Assembly: GCA_964471235.1 (NCBI GenBank)
Contig: CAYYGL010000001.1
Coordinates: 5,315-69,314, forward strand
Reading direction: 5' to 3'
From: an uncultured Calditrichaceae bacterium
Lineage (GTDB): Bacteria > Calditrichota > Calditrichia > RBG-13-44-9 > J075
DNA: 64,000 bases
The notes beneath the pieces are model-generated. The model saw only the letters and a program-made list of their open reading frames with translations, did no database searches and was not told the origin of the DNA. Below, one piece after another: positions 29,869 to 39,800 of the stretch. The translations under genes and the position numbers were made by a program. Within the stretch, counting starts at the first letter, position 1; every line of letters begins with the position of its first letter.

Positions 29869-31056
29869 ATGCCTGACAAGAAAATAACCGATTTTCCATT
29901 ACAGGAGACTTGTAAGACGGTTTTCCCGAAGGTGTTGCATTTCCGGGAAATGCTGCATCGCTACCCGGAATTGGGCTGGCAGGAGTATGAGACCACCCGG
30001 AGAATCCGGGAAATATTGCATGATCACGGCATCGAATCTTTTTCCACTCCCATGGAGACCGGTGGGGTGGTGGACTTTCAATTTCATGAAAACCGACCCT
30101 ACCTGTTGTTACGAGCGGATATTGATGCCTTGCCGATAACCGATGAGAAACGTGTTTCTTACCAATCGCAGAATTCGGGGGTGTGCCATGCCTGCGGGCA
30201 TGATGTGCATACCGCGGTTGTCGTTGGGGTTGCCCTGTGTTTGCAGGAGCTGTCGGAAAAACCGCCGTTGAATGTTCGGCTGGTATTCCAGCCGGCGGAA
30301 GAACCGATTCCCAGCGGGGCACCGAAAATGGTGGAAGCAGGGGTGCTAAAAAACGTGAAATACGCCCTGGGGATGCATGTGGACCCACGGTTTCCGGTGG
30401 GAACAATCGTTTTAACCCCGGGGTGGGTAAATATGCAGAGCATCCGGTTGGATCTGACCCTGAAGGGACCGGGTGGGCACTCGTCACGCCCCCAGGATAC
30501 CGCCGATTTGCTCTGGATTGCCAGCCGGATTATACAAGATGGATACCAATTGGTATATCGCACCGTCAACCTGCTGGATTCCGATGTAATCCTTACTTTC
30601 ACGGAAATTGAAGCTCGTCAGGGGTATAACGTCATCCCGCGATGGTTAACCATGTCCGGCACCTTGCGCCTGGCGGATGCCGAAAAGAAACAACGGTTTC
30701 TGGATAAATTCCGACGCTACCTTCATTTTTTGGCGGAAGAATCCGGCTGTCAAATTCACCTGAAAATCCAGGAGGGTGCACCAGCGATTTATAATGATCC
30801 CAACTTAACCGAAATGCTGCAAAAGAACCTCTCCCGAAATTTCGAGATTCCGGTAACCCTAAATACTACCTACCGTACACCGGGCGCCGATGATTTCAGT
30901 TATTACAGCCAGGCTGTTCCCGGTGTTATGGTTCGTTTCGGCACCTCCGGTGAGGAACCGGCTCCCGGTCTGCATGAGGGATTATTTGACGTACCGCAGG
31001 AGGTCATTAGAATTGCCATGATGTTTTTTTTACACCAGGTTTATCACCTCAGGTAA
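29869..31056 (+). CDS. M20D-family amidohydrolase (N-acyl-amino-acid amidohydrolase / hippuricase-like)
   Basis: VCHACGHDVH metal-binding motif and QPAEE, in 395 aa. Confidence 0.8.
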   Translation: MPDKKITDFPLQETCKTVFPKVLHFREMLHRYPELGWQEYETTRRIREILHDHGIESFSTPMETGGVVDFQFHENRPYLLLRADIDALPITDEKRVSYQSQNSGVCHACGHDVHTAVVVGVALCLQELSEKPPLNVRLVFQPAEEPIPSGAPKMVEAGVLKNVKYALGMHVDPRFPVGTIVLTPGWVNMQSIRLDLTLKGPGGHSSRPQDTADLLWIASRIIQDGYQLVYRTVNLLDSDVILTFTEIEARQGYNVIPRWLTMSGTLRLADAEKKQRFLDKFRRYLHFLAEESGCQIHLKIQEGAPAIYNDPNLTEMLQKNLSRNFEIPVTLNTTYRTPGADDFSYYSQAVPGVMVRFGTSGEEPAPGLHEGLFDVPQEVIRIAMMFFLHQVYHLR

Positions 31057-31203
31057 GGGAAGAATGGTGGGAAAGTGATTGAGTGCATTTCACAATGTGT
31101 CTGCATTGCAACTGTCTCACCGAACACCCTCCCACTGAATGCTGCATTACTGATCACTGATTATCACACCATGCAATCATTGCAGTTTGGTTACGGAACT
31201 CAC

Positions 31204-31752
31204 CTATTCCTCACTTTCGTCTAAATATTTTCCCGGGTTGCGATTAAAATCCTCGGATTTGCCTTTTGGAATACTCAACGACTCCCAGGCGTCGCCGGTA
31301 AAGTGTTTCGCCAGGAAAACGATTTGTCCCACATGGTAAGCATAGTGAGAGAGCTGTCGAAGCAGCGCCTGGCTAACCAACAGCGGCTCCCCGCGAATGG
31401 TGATGGTACGGCTTAAATCCGCTGGCGTCAATGTTTCCAGGGTATTGGTTAGAATTTGCCATCCGGTTTCCCATTGCTTATGGAGGTTGTTAAAATCATC
31501 ATCTTGGGTAATTTCAAACTCCATATCCCGGTGACGATCCGGCTTCTCACCGTCGGTAGTAAGAAAATCGCGCCAGCGGGATCGCATATTGCCGGCAAGG
31601 TGTTTCATGATCACCGCAATCGAATTGGATACCTCCTCATTCAGGGAGTCGAACATCTCTTCAGTGTTTACCTGGGATATCGCTCCATCTGCCAGTTGAC
31701 GCAGCCGGGAAAATTCCCGACGAATATCGGTTAAGAATTGCTCCAGATTCAT
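31204..31752 (-). CDS. DinB-like/DUF1572 family protein, translationally coupled to the upstream helicase
   Basis: HYAYHVGQIVFL C-terminal motif, as in the 20367 paralogue. Its ATG overlaps the helicase TGA (ATGA) at 31749-31752. Confidence 0.55.
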   Translation of the reverse strand: MNLEQFLTDIRREFSRLRQLADGAISQVNTEEMFDSLNEEVSNSIAVIMKHLAGNMRSRWRDFLTTDGEKPDRHRDMEFEITQDDDFNNLHKQWETGWQILTNTLETLTPADLSRTITIRGEPLLVSQALLRQLSHYAYHVGQIVFLAKHFTGDAWESLSIPKGKSEDFNRNPGKYLDESEE

Positions 31753-34121
31753 ATTTTACCTCCGGTTGGTTTGTCGATAACGGGCAGGGATTTCCGTTTG
31801 TGCAGGGGCACTCCCTGCGAGTGAAATATCGTTATCTGTTGTGTATTGAATTCCAGCAAATAGTGTTGAATGATTAATTCCGCAAGATGTTGAATTCTTT
31901 CCACATCGGAAAAAGTGTTGATAGTCAACTGTTCCGGTAGGGCATAAATTTTTTGCCCGTCGGCTTTTAATATTTTTGGCAAAATCTCCGGATGGATAAT
32001 GAGATGATACAACTGCTGGGCAGATTTAAAGCGCAGTGTTTCCAGGTAAAGGCGATCCCAATCCACCACATCCCAGATATCTTTGTTGACAGCGACCGGT
32101 TTTGCACGGGATACTCCGGAGTTTCCTACTCCCTCTGATGTGATTTGTGAAAAAACCGGACGGATATCAACCCGGAGCTTTTTCAGGATGTTATTGTTCA
32201 CGGAAACTTCTACTGCCGGTGCGTTCCCGTTTTCTGAAGAAACAGGTGGTGTTATTGCCGGCTCCAAAGCAGGTGTGGAGGATGTGCCGGGTCGATCCGT
32301 TCGCTTATCTCTTCCGTTTGTCTGAATCCCTTCTTTGACAATGGCGTTCAAAAAGGCGTTCATATAATCTGCGTTCAGTCCGTAAATATAAAGTGTTTGT
32401 AAGCAGGCGATTTCCGGGCGGGCAGTGGCTTCTCTCCTCAGAGAAAAATCTTTTCCTTTCAGGCGAACCCCTCTACCGAATAGCTGAATAATCTGGGGAC
32501 CTTCTCCTTTTCCCATGTTCATCAATACCATGGTCGAGACCCGCCAGCTATTCCACCCTTCGATAAATTTTTTTGCACCGATAAGCAGGTTGATGGGAGA
32601 ACGGGCAGTATTGATATCCTCAAACAGGGAGGCGGAAAAGTAATCCGGTTTCACCTCGATTCCATTGCTTGCCAGCAGTTTTTTGAGCGGCGCAACATTT
32701 CCAACATGGATAATGCCGAAATAATTCCCGGCTCCGTTGGTTTTCAATCCTAATTCTCCATCGCCATGTAAAATTTCGTAAACTTCAAGTTCCCCGCTCC
32801 CATGAAATACCAGCCGGAATAACTTCTCCTGTTGTGCCTGCCGATCATCCGCTGGGGAATTAAGCAAGTCACCCACAGGGAGATTTGCCGGTATCGCCGA
32901 TAGAATCCATTGGATGTGTTCCCATAATCGCCCCGGATCATGAAGAATTTTTTTCGGGGACATCGTGATTGAGAGGATGTCGGAATCCTGCTTTTTTCCC
33001 GCCACCCGGCTGCCCACAAACACCCAGAGAGGTTTCTCAAGCTGGTAAGTGTTTATATCGATTTCTCCGGACTGAAAAAGGGAAAGCTGCCGGTAAAAGG
33101 TTGACAGTGCCCCGGACAGCACCCCCTGTTGCACTTCCGGTGTGTAGTGATCTTTATGAAGGTTCACCGCCTGGAACGCCTTGCCATACCTGTCTTCATA
33201 GAAAAAACGGTAAGAAAAATCAAAAATAATGGATTTGGCATATTCCGAGAGTAGAAAGCTATTCTTGCCGATTACCTGGGCAAAAGTAGCACTGTATTCG
33301 ATAATTATGCCCTGGGTTGCCAGTTTTTCCCGCAGGGTCTTCCAGCGTTTTTCCTCGGATTTCTGCCCCTTATGCCCCTCATCGATGAAAATGAGGTTTT
33401 TCCCTTCAAAAGCCGCGACATCCACCCTTACCCCGCCGGAAAGTTTTTGGTCCATCAACTTGTGAATGTCGATGACCAATACCTCATTTCGGCGGGTATA
33501 AAGGTTGTCCGGGTTGCCGTCATATAACTTTGCTGGTATGCCGCTCAGTTGATACTCCTGCCAGTGTTGACGGGACATACCTTCGTTTGGGGTGATCAGC
33601 AAAATATTATCCCAGGTGAAAGGGGTATAGTGCAGCACCTGCCAGTAGTTGATGTGCATAATCAAAGTTTTACCGCTGCCGGTTGCCATCCAGTAGGCAA
33701 TTTTGTGTAGGTCCGGTTCATGAAATGGCGGAATTGACTGCGAATGACGTCGATTAAATTCTTCTAAAAACAAATTTAAGTCGGATAAAAAGCCGGAGAC
33801 ATCGGTAAACAACCGGTCAAAATAGATTTCGCTGAACAGGGCTGCCAACTGCTGGAAGTATTTCAATCGGAATTGGGGTTGTTGACGATTGGCGCGCAGA
33901 CGGGATTGGTAGGAGTCAATCGATTGTTGGTAGTTGAATAATTTTTCCGGTGATAGTTTAGAACGCCCGCTTTGTTGTAAAGCATCCCAGAACGTATCAT
34001 GGAACTTAACGGATGAAACAGGGGAGGGGAGAGGGAGTATTGCTCTCAGGCGAGCAAACTCATCCACCCCGAGTAAATCCAGGAAAAAATGAAACAGGAC
34101 CAGGTGTTTTTGTAATTTCAT
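31749..34121 (-). CDS. SF2 helicase, ResIII-type (type III restriction Res-subunit-like) with DEGH box
   Basis: Motif I WMATGSGKT, motif II IFIDEGH, motif III YSATF, and motif VI QLFGRGVRL. It has a ~145-aa N-terminal and ~240-aa C-terminal extension without an obvious PD-(D/E)xK motif. Confidence 0.75.
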   Translation of the reverse strand: MKLQKHLVLFHFFLDLLGVDEFARLRAILPLPSPVSSVKFHDTFWDALQQSGRSKLSPEKLFNYQQSIDSYQSRLRANRQQPQFRLKYFQQLAALFSEIYFDRLFTDVSGFLSDLNLFLEEFNRRHSQSIPPFHEPDLHKIAYWMATGSGKTLIMHINYWQVLHYTPFTWDNILLITPNEGMSRQHWQEYQLSGIPAKLYDGNPDNLYTRRNEVLVIDIHKLMDQKLSGGVRVDVAAFEGKNLIFIDEGHKGQKSEEKRWKTLREKLATQGIIIEYSATFAQVIGKNSFLLSEYAKSIIFDFSYRFFYEDRYGKAFQAVNLHKDHYTPEVQQGVLSGALSTFYRQLSLFQSGEIDINTYQLEKPLWVFVGSRVAGKKQDSDILSITMSPKKILHDPGRLWEHIQWILSAIPANLPVGDLLNSPADDRQAQQEKLFRLVFHGSGELEVYEILHGDGELGLKTNGAGNYFGIIHVGNVAPLKKLLASNGIEVKPDYFSASLFEDINTARSPINLLIGAKKFIEGWNSWRVSTMVLMNMGKGEGPQIIQLFGRGVRLKGKDFSLRREATARPEIACLQTLYIYGLNADYMNAFLNAIVKEGIQTNGRDKRTDRPGTSSTPALEPAITPPVSSENGNAPAVEVSVNNNILKKLRVDIRPVFSQITSEGVGNSGVSRAKPVAVNKDIWDVVDWDRLYLETLRFKSAQQLYHLIIHPEILPKILKADGQKIYALPEQLTINTFSDVERIQHLAELIIQHYLLEFNTQQITIFHSQGVPLHKRKSLPVIDKPTGGKI

Positions 34122-34289
34122 CGCAAGCTTATATCATCATTCGGATAATTATAACTTTATGTCAATTCGATATAAAAAAATAGAACGCGGATGGACCCGG
34201 ATGACCCGGATTTTCGCAGATTTTTTTGATATGATAACCAATCATCCATGTAAATCATCATTTGGGTTCTATGTCAAGTTACGTCGAAC

Positions 34290-35111
34290 TCACGTTAACT
34301 TATTTAAAAGCCAATCGCCCAGGAATTTGTCAAGTGTCATTTTGTGCATCTCATTATATCCAAACAAAATTCTCTGTTCCTTGCGATGGGGGTCGAAGAA
34401 TGCCGGCGAGCGCACCGCTAACTTTCTCTCCTGCATAAAATTGTAAATATAGCAGGTGGTTGTGTCCTGTTCCGGTAAAAACATCAGGTAAAAGCGAAAA
34501 TTTTTCAGCATCTCCGGGTTAACAATATCCGTAACAATTTCCCGAAACGAAAGATATTGCCCATGCCCGATGCTGCCGCCTCCCTGAGTATAGAGCTTTT
34601 CTTCCAGCAATGTCAACCGATTATCGGCTTCGTGAAAAATCAGAAAATCAATGTCAGTGCTGGCAACCCTGCCGTACATATTCAGGCGTAAAAATTTGCT
34701 TAATGACGATACCCGGGCACTTTCCCTGATCGTTGCGGTGCTGGGTTGCCACTCTTCTTTGCCATCACACTTTAAGACTTGTAATAAAAATTTTGCCAGA
34801 TGGTCCGGATTCTCAAATGACTTTTGGGTGGCGGCTTTTAAGCTTCGGATATGGATTCGGTCCTCTTCCCAGAAGATGTTTCCCAGTCGCAATCCAGCGG
34901 TAAAAAATGGTGCTATCTGCAGTAAGGCATTGTCCTCAAACTCCCTCTCACTCTTACATTCTTTCAGCAAAATATATCGGGAAGCCGGATTCGGATTAAT
35001 CCGATGGAGGCAGGTGGCAAAGAACAAATTGCGAAAAATCCGAAAGTCAAAAATTGCATTCAAACGACTGGGACGGGTGCCATAAATTTCATCTTTTACC
35101 GGTTTTGCCAT
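34290..35111 (-). CDS. Hypothetical protein (273 aa), first gene of the AT-rich block
   Basis: A long ORF co-directional with its neighbours. It is AT-rich with no recognised motifs. Confidence 0.45.
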   Translation of the reverse strand: MAKPVKDEIYGTRPSRLNAIFDFRIFRNLFFATCLHRINPNPASRYILLKECKSEREFEDNALLQIAPFFTAGLRLGNIFWEEDRIHIRSLKAATQKSFENPDHLAKFLLQVLKCDGKEEWQPSTATIRESARVSSLSKFLRLNMYGRVASTDIDFLIFHEADNRLTLLEEKLYTQGGGSIGHGQYLSFREIVTDIVNPEMLKNFRFYLMFLPEQDTTTCYIYNFMQERKLAVRSPAFFDPHRKEQRILFGYNEMHKMTLDKFLGDWLLNKLT

Positions 35112-35175
35112 GTATTAAGTTGCGTTTGTTGCTGTTAAATAGATTTTGAACACTACATTACTTATGTAAAAATTT

Positions 35176-35709
35176 TTAAGTTAAATTGGGTACCCAAACT
35201 GAAAAATATTTTAGCCTAAAGTCAATATCCATTTTTATTCCGGCATCCACAAGGCAGTTAATACCTAATATGGGGCGCGCTTCTTTCCATTCATTACGGT
35301 AAGAATGATTGAAAATAGCTGCTCCACCATTCACATCAATGCGATAAGGATAGTTAGCAAAATTAGGCAAATTACTGCACAACCAGAGCGTTAAATCACG
35401 CGTGGGTTTTCGAGTCATGCTGCCATCCGAAAGTTCTACATCCACGAGACCGCCGATAGGACCACTGAGTGAAATACCTACTTTCGAAAGAGTCTCCTTT
35501 GTTATAATGGCATGGCTACAACCGGTATCGATCATAAATTCTATTGCCGGGGCTCCCATGGGAGGTGTATCAACAAATGGTTCGGAAATGAGCATCAAAA
35601 CCCGAATTTCGTTAAAAGATTTAAGGGATTGGTCACTGGATCTGAATTTAGCAAATGGCATTTTATGAATAAACAAGTTCATGATCTTATCCCTCCTGGG
35701 TGACAACAT
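35176..35709 (-). CDS. Retropepsin-like aspartic protease (clan AA, single-lobe, presumably dimeric)
   Basis: The catalytic FMIDTGCSHAII (hydrophobic-hydrophobic-D-T-G-S) and the downstream ILGINCLV match the retroviral-protease ILGxDxL flap/closing motif. 177 aa. Confidence 0.6.
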   Translation of the reverse strand: MLSPRRDKIMNLFIHKMPFAKFRSSDQSLKSFNEIRVLMLISEPFVDTPPMGAPAIEFMIDTGCSHAIITKETLSKVGISLSGPIGGLVDVELSDGSMTRKPTRDLTLWLCSNLPNFANYPYRIDVNGGAAIFNHSYRNEWKEARPILGINCLVDAGIKMDIDFRLKYFSVWVPNLT

Positions 35710-36382
35710 TTATGTATCTCCGTAAGTCAAGAGGAGGAGGTAATGGTTCAATTCGTCTTACCAAAATTTCATTCAAATTATAATTTTCTTTTTTTAAGAC
35801 TTTATATATTTCTTTTTTTGACGGTTCAATAGCTATTCGAGATTCTCCTCGGTAGGCTACCCATTTACCGGGTGCGGTTTCCATAAGCAATGGAAGTTCT
35901 TGTTGAAATTTTTCCCATCCGATTGATTGGAATTCAGATAGTAACAACGTATCGAACCGTTTTGTGATACGTTCTATCGTAAAATCGATGAGTCGATCTA
36001 TCTCCCGGGTTTGAAAAGGGGGAGATTCTTTAACTTGTTTTAATAAGTTCAAATCTTCAACTTCACCACATTCACACATCCACCACAGCGAAGCAATGAA
36101 ATCTTCTTCTGTTGCCGGAGAAACTAAATCTAACCGGCGAGTGAGCTTCTCATAAGTGAAGGGAATAATATGCCATTCTTTTTCAATTTTTTGCCATTCG
36201 TTATTGCTGCAATGTTTGGCGCTGTGAATTATGCCTGAAAGGCAACTTCCGATTAATGTGGCGACCTGGCGTTCGAAGTCCAATTCTTTTTCCGGAAGGA
36301 TATATTTTTCGCTTACTTGGATTGCCTGATGAAGATTGCTAAAGAGTTCCTGAACTCCCGGGGGGTTATGAAGTGAGATCAT
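35687..36382 (-). CDS. Hypothetical protein (231 aa) overlapping the retropepsin-like gene start by 23 nt
   Basis: The ORF shows operon-style overlaps on both sides. It has a Cys-containing segment WWMCECGEVED and no recognised family. Confidence 0.45.
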   Translation of the reverse strand: MISLHNPPGVQELFSNLHQAIQVSEKYILPEKELDFERQVATLIGSCLSGIIHSAKHCSNNEWQKIEKEWHIIPFTYEKLTRRLDLVSPATEEDFIASLWWMCECGEVEDLNLLKQVKESPPFQTREIDRLIDFTIERITKRFDTLLLSEFQSIGWEKFQQELPLLMETAPGKWVAYRGESRIAIEPSKKEIYKVLKKENYNLNEILVRRIEPLPPPLDLRRYINVVTQEG

Positions 36383-36384
36383 TT

Positions 36385-36804
36385 TTATCTTTTTCCCTTC
36401 TCATTTTTGTTTAATATGTTGTTAATCTCTTCAACCAACTCAAACTCTAATAAGTTTATTTTTCTGAAGAACCAACAATTTTTTTCTGTATAAAATTTCT
36501 CAGCGATGTTCGGATCAGCTACATGGGTAAAAATAATCACCGGAAGAGTTTTATTAACCTCCCTGATTTTTTCATAAAAACGAATTCCGGTACGAAATCC
36601 CATCTGTGTGTCATCCAGGTTAAAGCTCTTTCCTGGCGGCATCATAATATCCAAAATTATTAACTCAATTCTTTTAGAATGTTCTGTAAGAAAATAAAGA
36701 GCATCATCCACATCCGTGCATAATTTAACTGAATAACCGGACTCTTCCAATTCCATAATATAGTTCTCCATTCTTCTTTTTTCGTCATCAACGAAAAGTA
36801 TCAT
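36385..36804 (-). CDS. Stand-alone response-regulator receiver (REC) protein
   Basis: ILFVDDE and LIILDIMMP (phospho-acceptor Asp) and a conserved T and K further on. 139 aa, no output domain. Its start overlaps the kinase stop by 17 nt. Confidence 0.75.
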   Translation of the reverse strand: MILFVDDEKRRMENYIMELEESGYSVKLCTDVDDALYFLTEHSKRIELIILDIMMPPGKSFNLDDTQMGFRTGIRFYEKIREVNKTLPVIIFTHVADPNIAEKFYTEKNCWFFRKINLLEFELVEEINNILNKNEKGKR

Positions 36805-39800
36805 GGGGGAACTCCTTTAATCTTTTGGGAATTAAAACATGAAATTCGGTTGGCTTATACCGGTTTTTTAAAATTAAATCCCCCCCCAACTCCTGCATTG
36901 TTTTTTTAGCGATTGGTAATCCCAATCCAGTGCCTGCCACATCTTTATTTATCGCTTCCGGCGTGCGATAACCTTCTTCAAAAATTTTTTCTTCATAACT
37001 CTTACGAATCCCAATACCCCAATCTTTAAACTTGATAATATAATACTCCCGGTCTTCATCTAAATCAATTCGGATCGCAAATTTTTCAGGGTCATCTTCT
37101 GCGTATTTTATCGCATTTGTCAATAGGTTGTGAACAACAGAATTCAATTTGGAACGATTTACGTAAATTTTTATTTTATGGGCATCTTTTACGTTAAAAT
37201 AAATTTTTTTGTAATCAAGCCCCTTACCCACTACCAACGGATTGAACTGCTTAATTGACTTGATGATAATATCACGGTAAACAATGGTGCGTTCCTTTTT
37301 AGAACTCGGCGATTCACCGCCCAGTAAATGTTGTATCTCCTCTATTTTCAATTTTAATATTTCACAATCTGTCAGTATATCATCAAGCTTGGCTTTATAA
37401 AGGTGAGATGGGAGGTTCGGCAACCTTCGTTTTAAGAAAGATGTGTTGCTTCTGATGCCACCAAGTGCAGAATTAAATTCATGTTGAATTTTTTCCAATA
37501 ATAGTTGTCTGTGTTGCTCCAGTGCTTTTACACTATATTCCACTAATCCTTTTAAGATTTGAACATCTCGTTCATAAATATATTTACGATAACCTTTTTG
37601 ATAGCCTGCTTCTACCGTTCCCATGACCTGGTTCTTTTTTGCGGTTGCAATCATCGGAATATAGACTCGTAACAAGCGATCATGATGGAACCGCTTATAA
37701 ATATGAGTATCATATCTTTTGTCATCACTCCCCGGTGCCTCAATTTGTCTATTCCTGACCACATCTGCCTGGATATCGTTACTGTTCAAGGAGTGAATTG
37801 CTAATTGTTTGAAGATTTCTTTTTCTTCATCCGGGATCCCAACCACATATTCAGTTTGAATCCTATTTAGCTCTGGAATGACAAACGAAATGTTTACATA
37901 TTCATATCCCAACGTTTCGGTAATGGCTTTTGAAACAATTTGAACAATTTCAGTTCGGTCACTGGTGCCAACAATCTCCTTCTCAAATTGTGCCATCTGG
38001 GTTAATTTCTGGTCGAAATCTAATTTCTCGAACATAATAGCAGCATGACGGGCTAAAGACCACAAAATCACCTCATCGGATTTGGAAAATGCATTGAGGG
38101 CAGGGCTTTCAATATTCAACACACCAATCGGTTTTGACCCCCATCGAATTTCTTTTCCCACCCGAACTTCAGCATTGGAAATCACTATCGGAACTGCTAA
38201 TTCGGAACGGGTATCATCCCAACATTTAACGTAAATATCCTTCCACTCACTGCTATGGACATTTCCCACTCGGATAGGTCGTTCGGCGGACAAAGCCTTC
38301 CCGGTAATTCCCCGACCTAATTTAAGAGAATGTTTTCGGGGAGGTGAGCCACTGTATTCAACCAGATGTAATAAGCCGGTTTTAAAATCCAGCCGACTCA
38401 CCCAACCTCTTTCCGAGTCTACCAATTTTAATCCTTCATCCAAAACCAACCTCAACAGTTCGTTGACATCTCGTGTTTCTGCCATTTGTTTAATAACTTT
38501 ATTAAGCTTTTGAAACCGGCGTCTGCTGTTTAAATTTTCAATGGCAACCGAGGTCTGTAAAGCCAGGGTTTTGAAAATGTTTTTATGCCATTTGGTAAAA
38601 TGACGTTCATGTTGGAACGAATATACTTCAATAATGCCAATTACTTTTTTTCCATAGGATAATGGCATTGCCAGCATGGATTTCCAACCTAAATTTTTAA
38701 CTAATCTGTAATAAGGATGAGTCTCTATGACACTGGCATCTTCCAGATAGTAAGGTTTGTTTTTCAGTAAAAAGCGGGTTAAACATTTACTATCATTTCG
38801 TAGTACCAAATCCTTAAGGGGGGCTCCCTGCCCTTCCGGGATACTGTATTCTGAAACTACGAAACCATCTTTATTCTTATCATGTAGCCACACAATACAG
38901 ATTGGTTCGCTCATCAAATCTTGGGTTAAATTCACCACCTTTTTTAATAATACATCCAATGATTCTAAATGAGTCATCAATTCCGGTAGCTGGAGCAATA
39001 TATCGTTTAGCATGGCTTGCTCAATCGCCAGAGCTACTTTCTGAAGCACTTTTAGTAGGGATGGAAAATCATCCGAGTTAAAAGCATCCGGTTTACTTTT
39101 TCCTACACTCACCGTAGCAATAACAGCATCTCCTGACTTGATAGGAGCACAATAAATTGAATCACCAATATTAAACCCGCCATATTTGGGGTCAGTGGAA
39201 GCATTGCGACAGTAATAAGGTTTTTTAGTTTTTGCAACATATCCTGCAATACCCTTTTCTATAGGAAACGAATGTTGAATTTGAGTGCCAATCCGGGGAT
39301 ATATGGCTTTAAGTTCCAGTCGATTGGTGGCTTTATTCCAAATTCTCAAACAACACGAATCGGCGTTGGTTATTTTTGCACAAGTTTCGACAATTCGGCT
39401 CAGCTTTTGCTGAAATTCCCCGGCATCTACATTTTCATAAGAGATTTCAGCGGAAGTATCTAACAATTGAGATTGGTATCGTAAAATTTGACTTTCGCGC
39501 ATTAATTCGGCTTTCTGGATTGAGAATGCAGCGTGATTGGCAAAAATACCGAATAATTCCTTTTCCCAAACTTTAAAATGGCGTTTGGTTTTGGTATATA
39601 AATTAAGCATGCCAATTAACTTCTCTTCTCCAAACCACATTGGGGCACTCAAAAGCGATATCCAACCTCTCTGTTTTGCTTCGCGAGGATGACTATACAT
39701 AGAGTTCGGTTTGGTAACGTCTTCAAGATACCCAACTTTTTTACCGGTTAAATGTTGTTGAATCCCTGGAAAATGAATATCCAATTCCAGTTGTTTATAT

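Noticed and set aside
29684-30487. 267-aa ORF on the minus strand
   Set aside because: It lies entirely antisense to the well-supported M20D amidohydrolase gene. It is Pro/Ser/Gly rich with no motifs, typical of a shadow ORF in GC-rich coding sequence.
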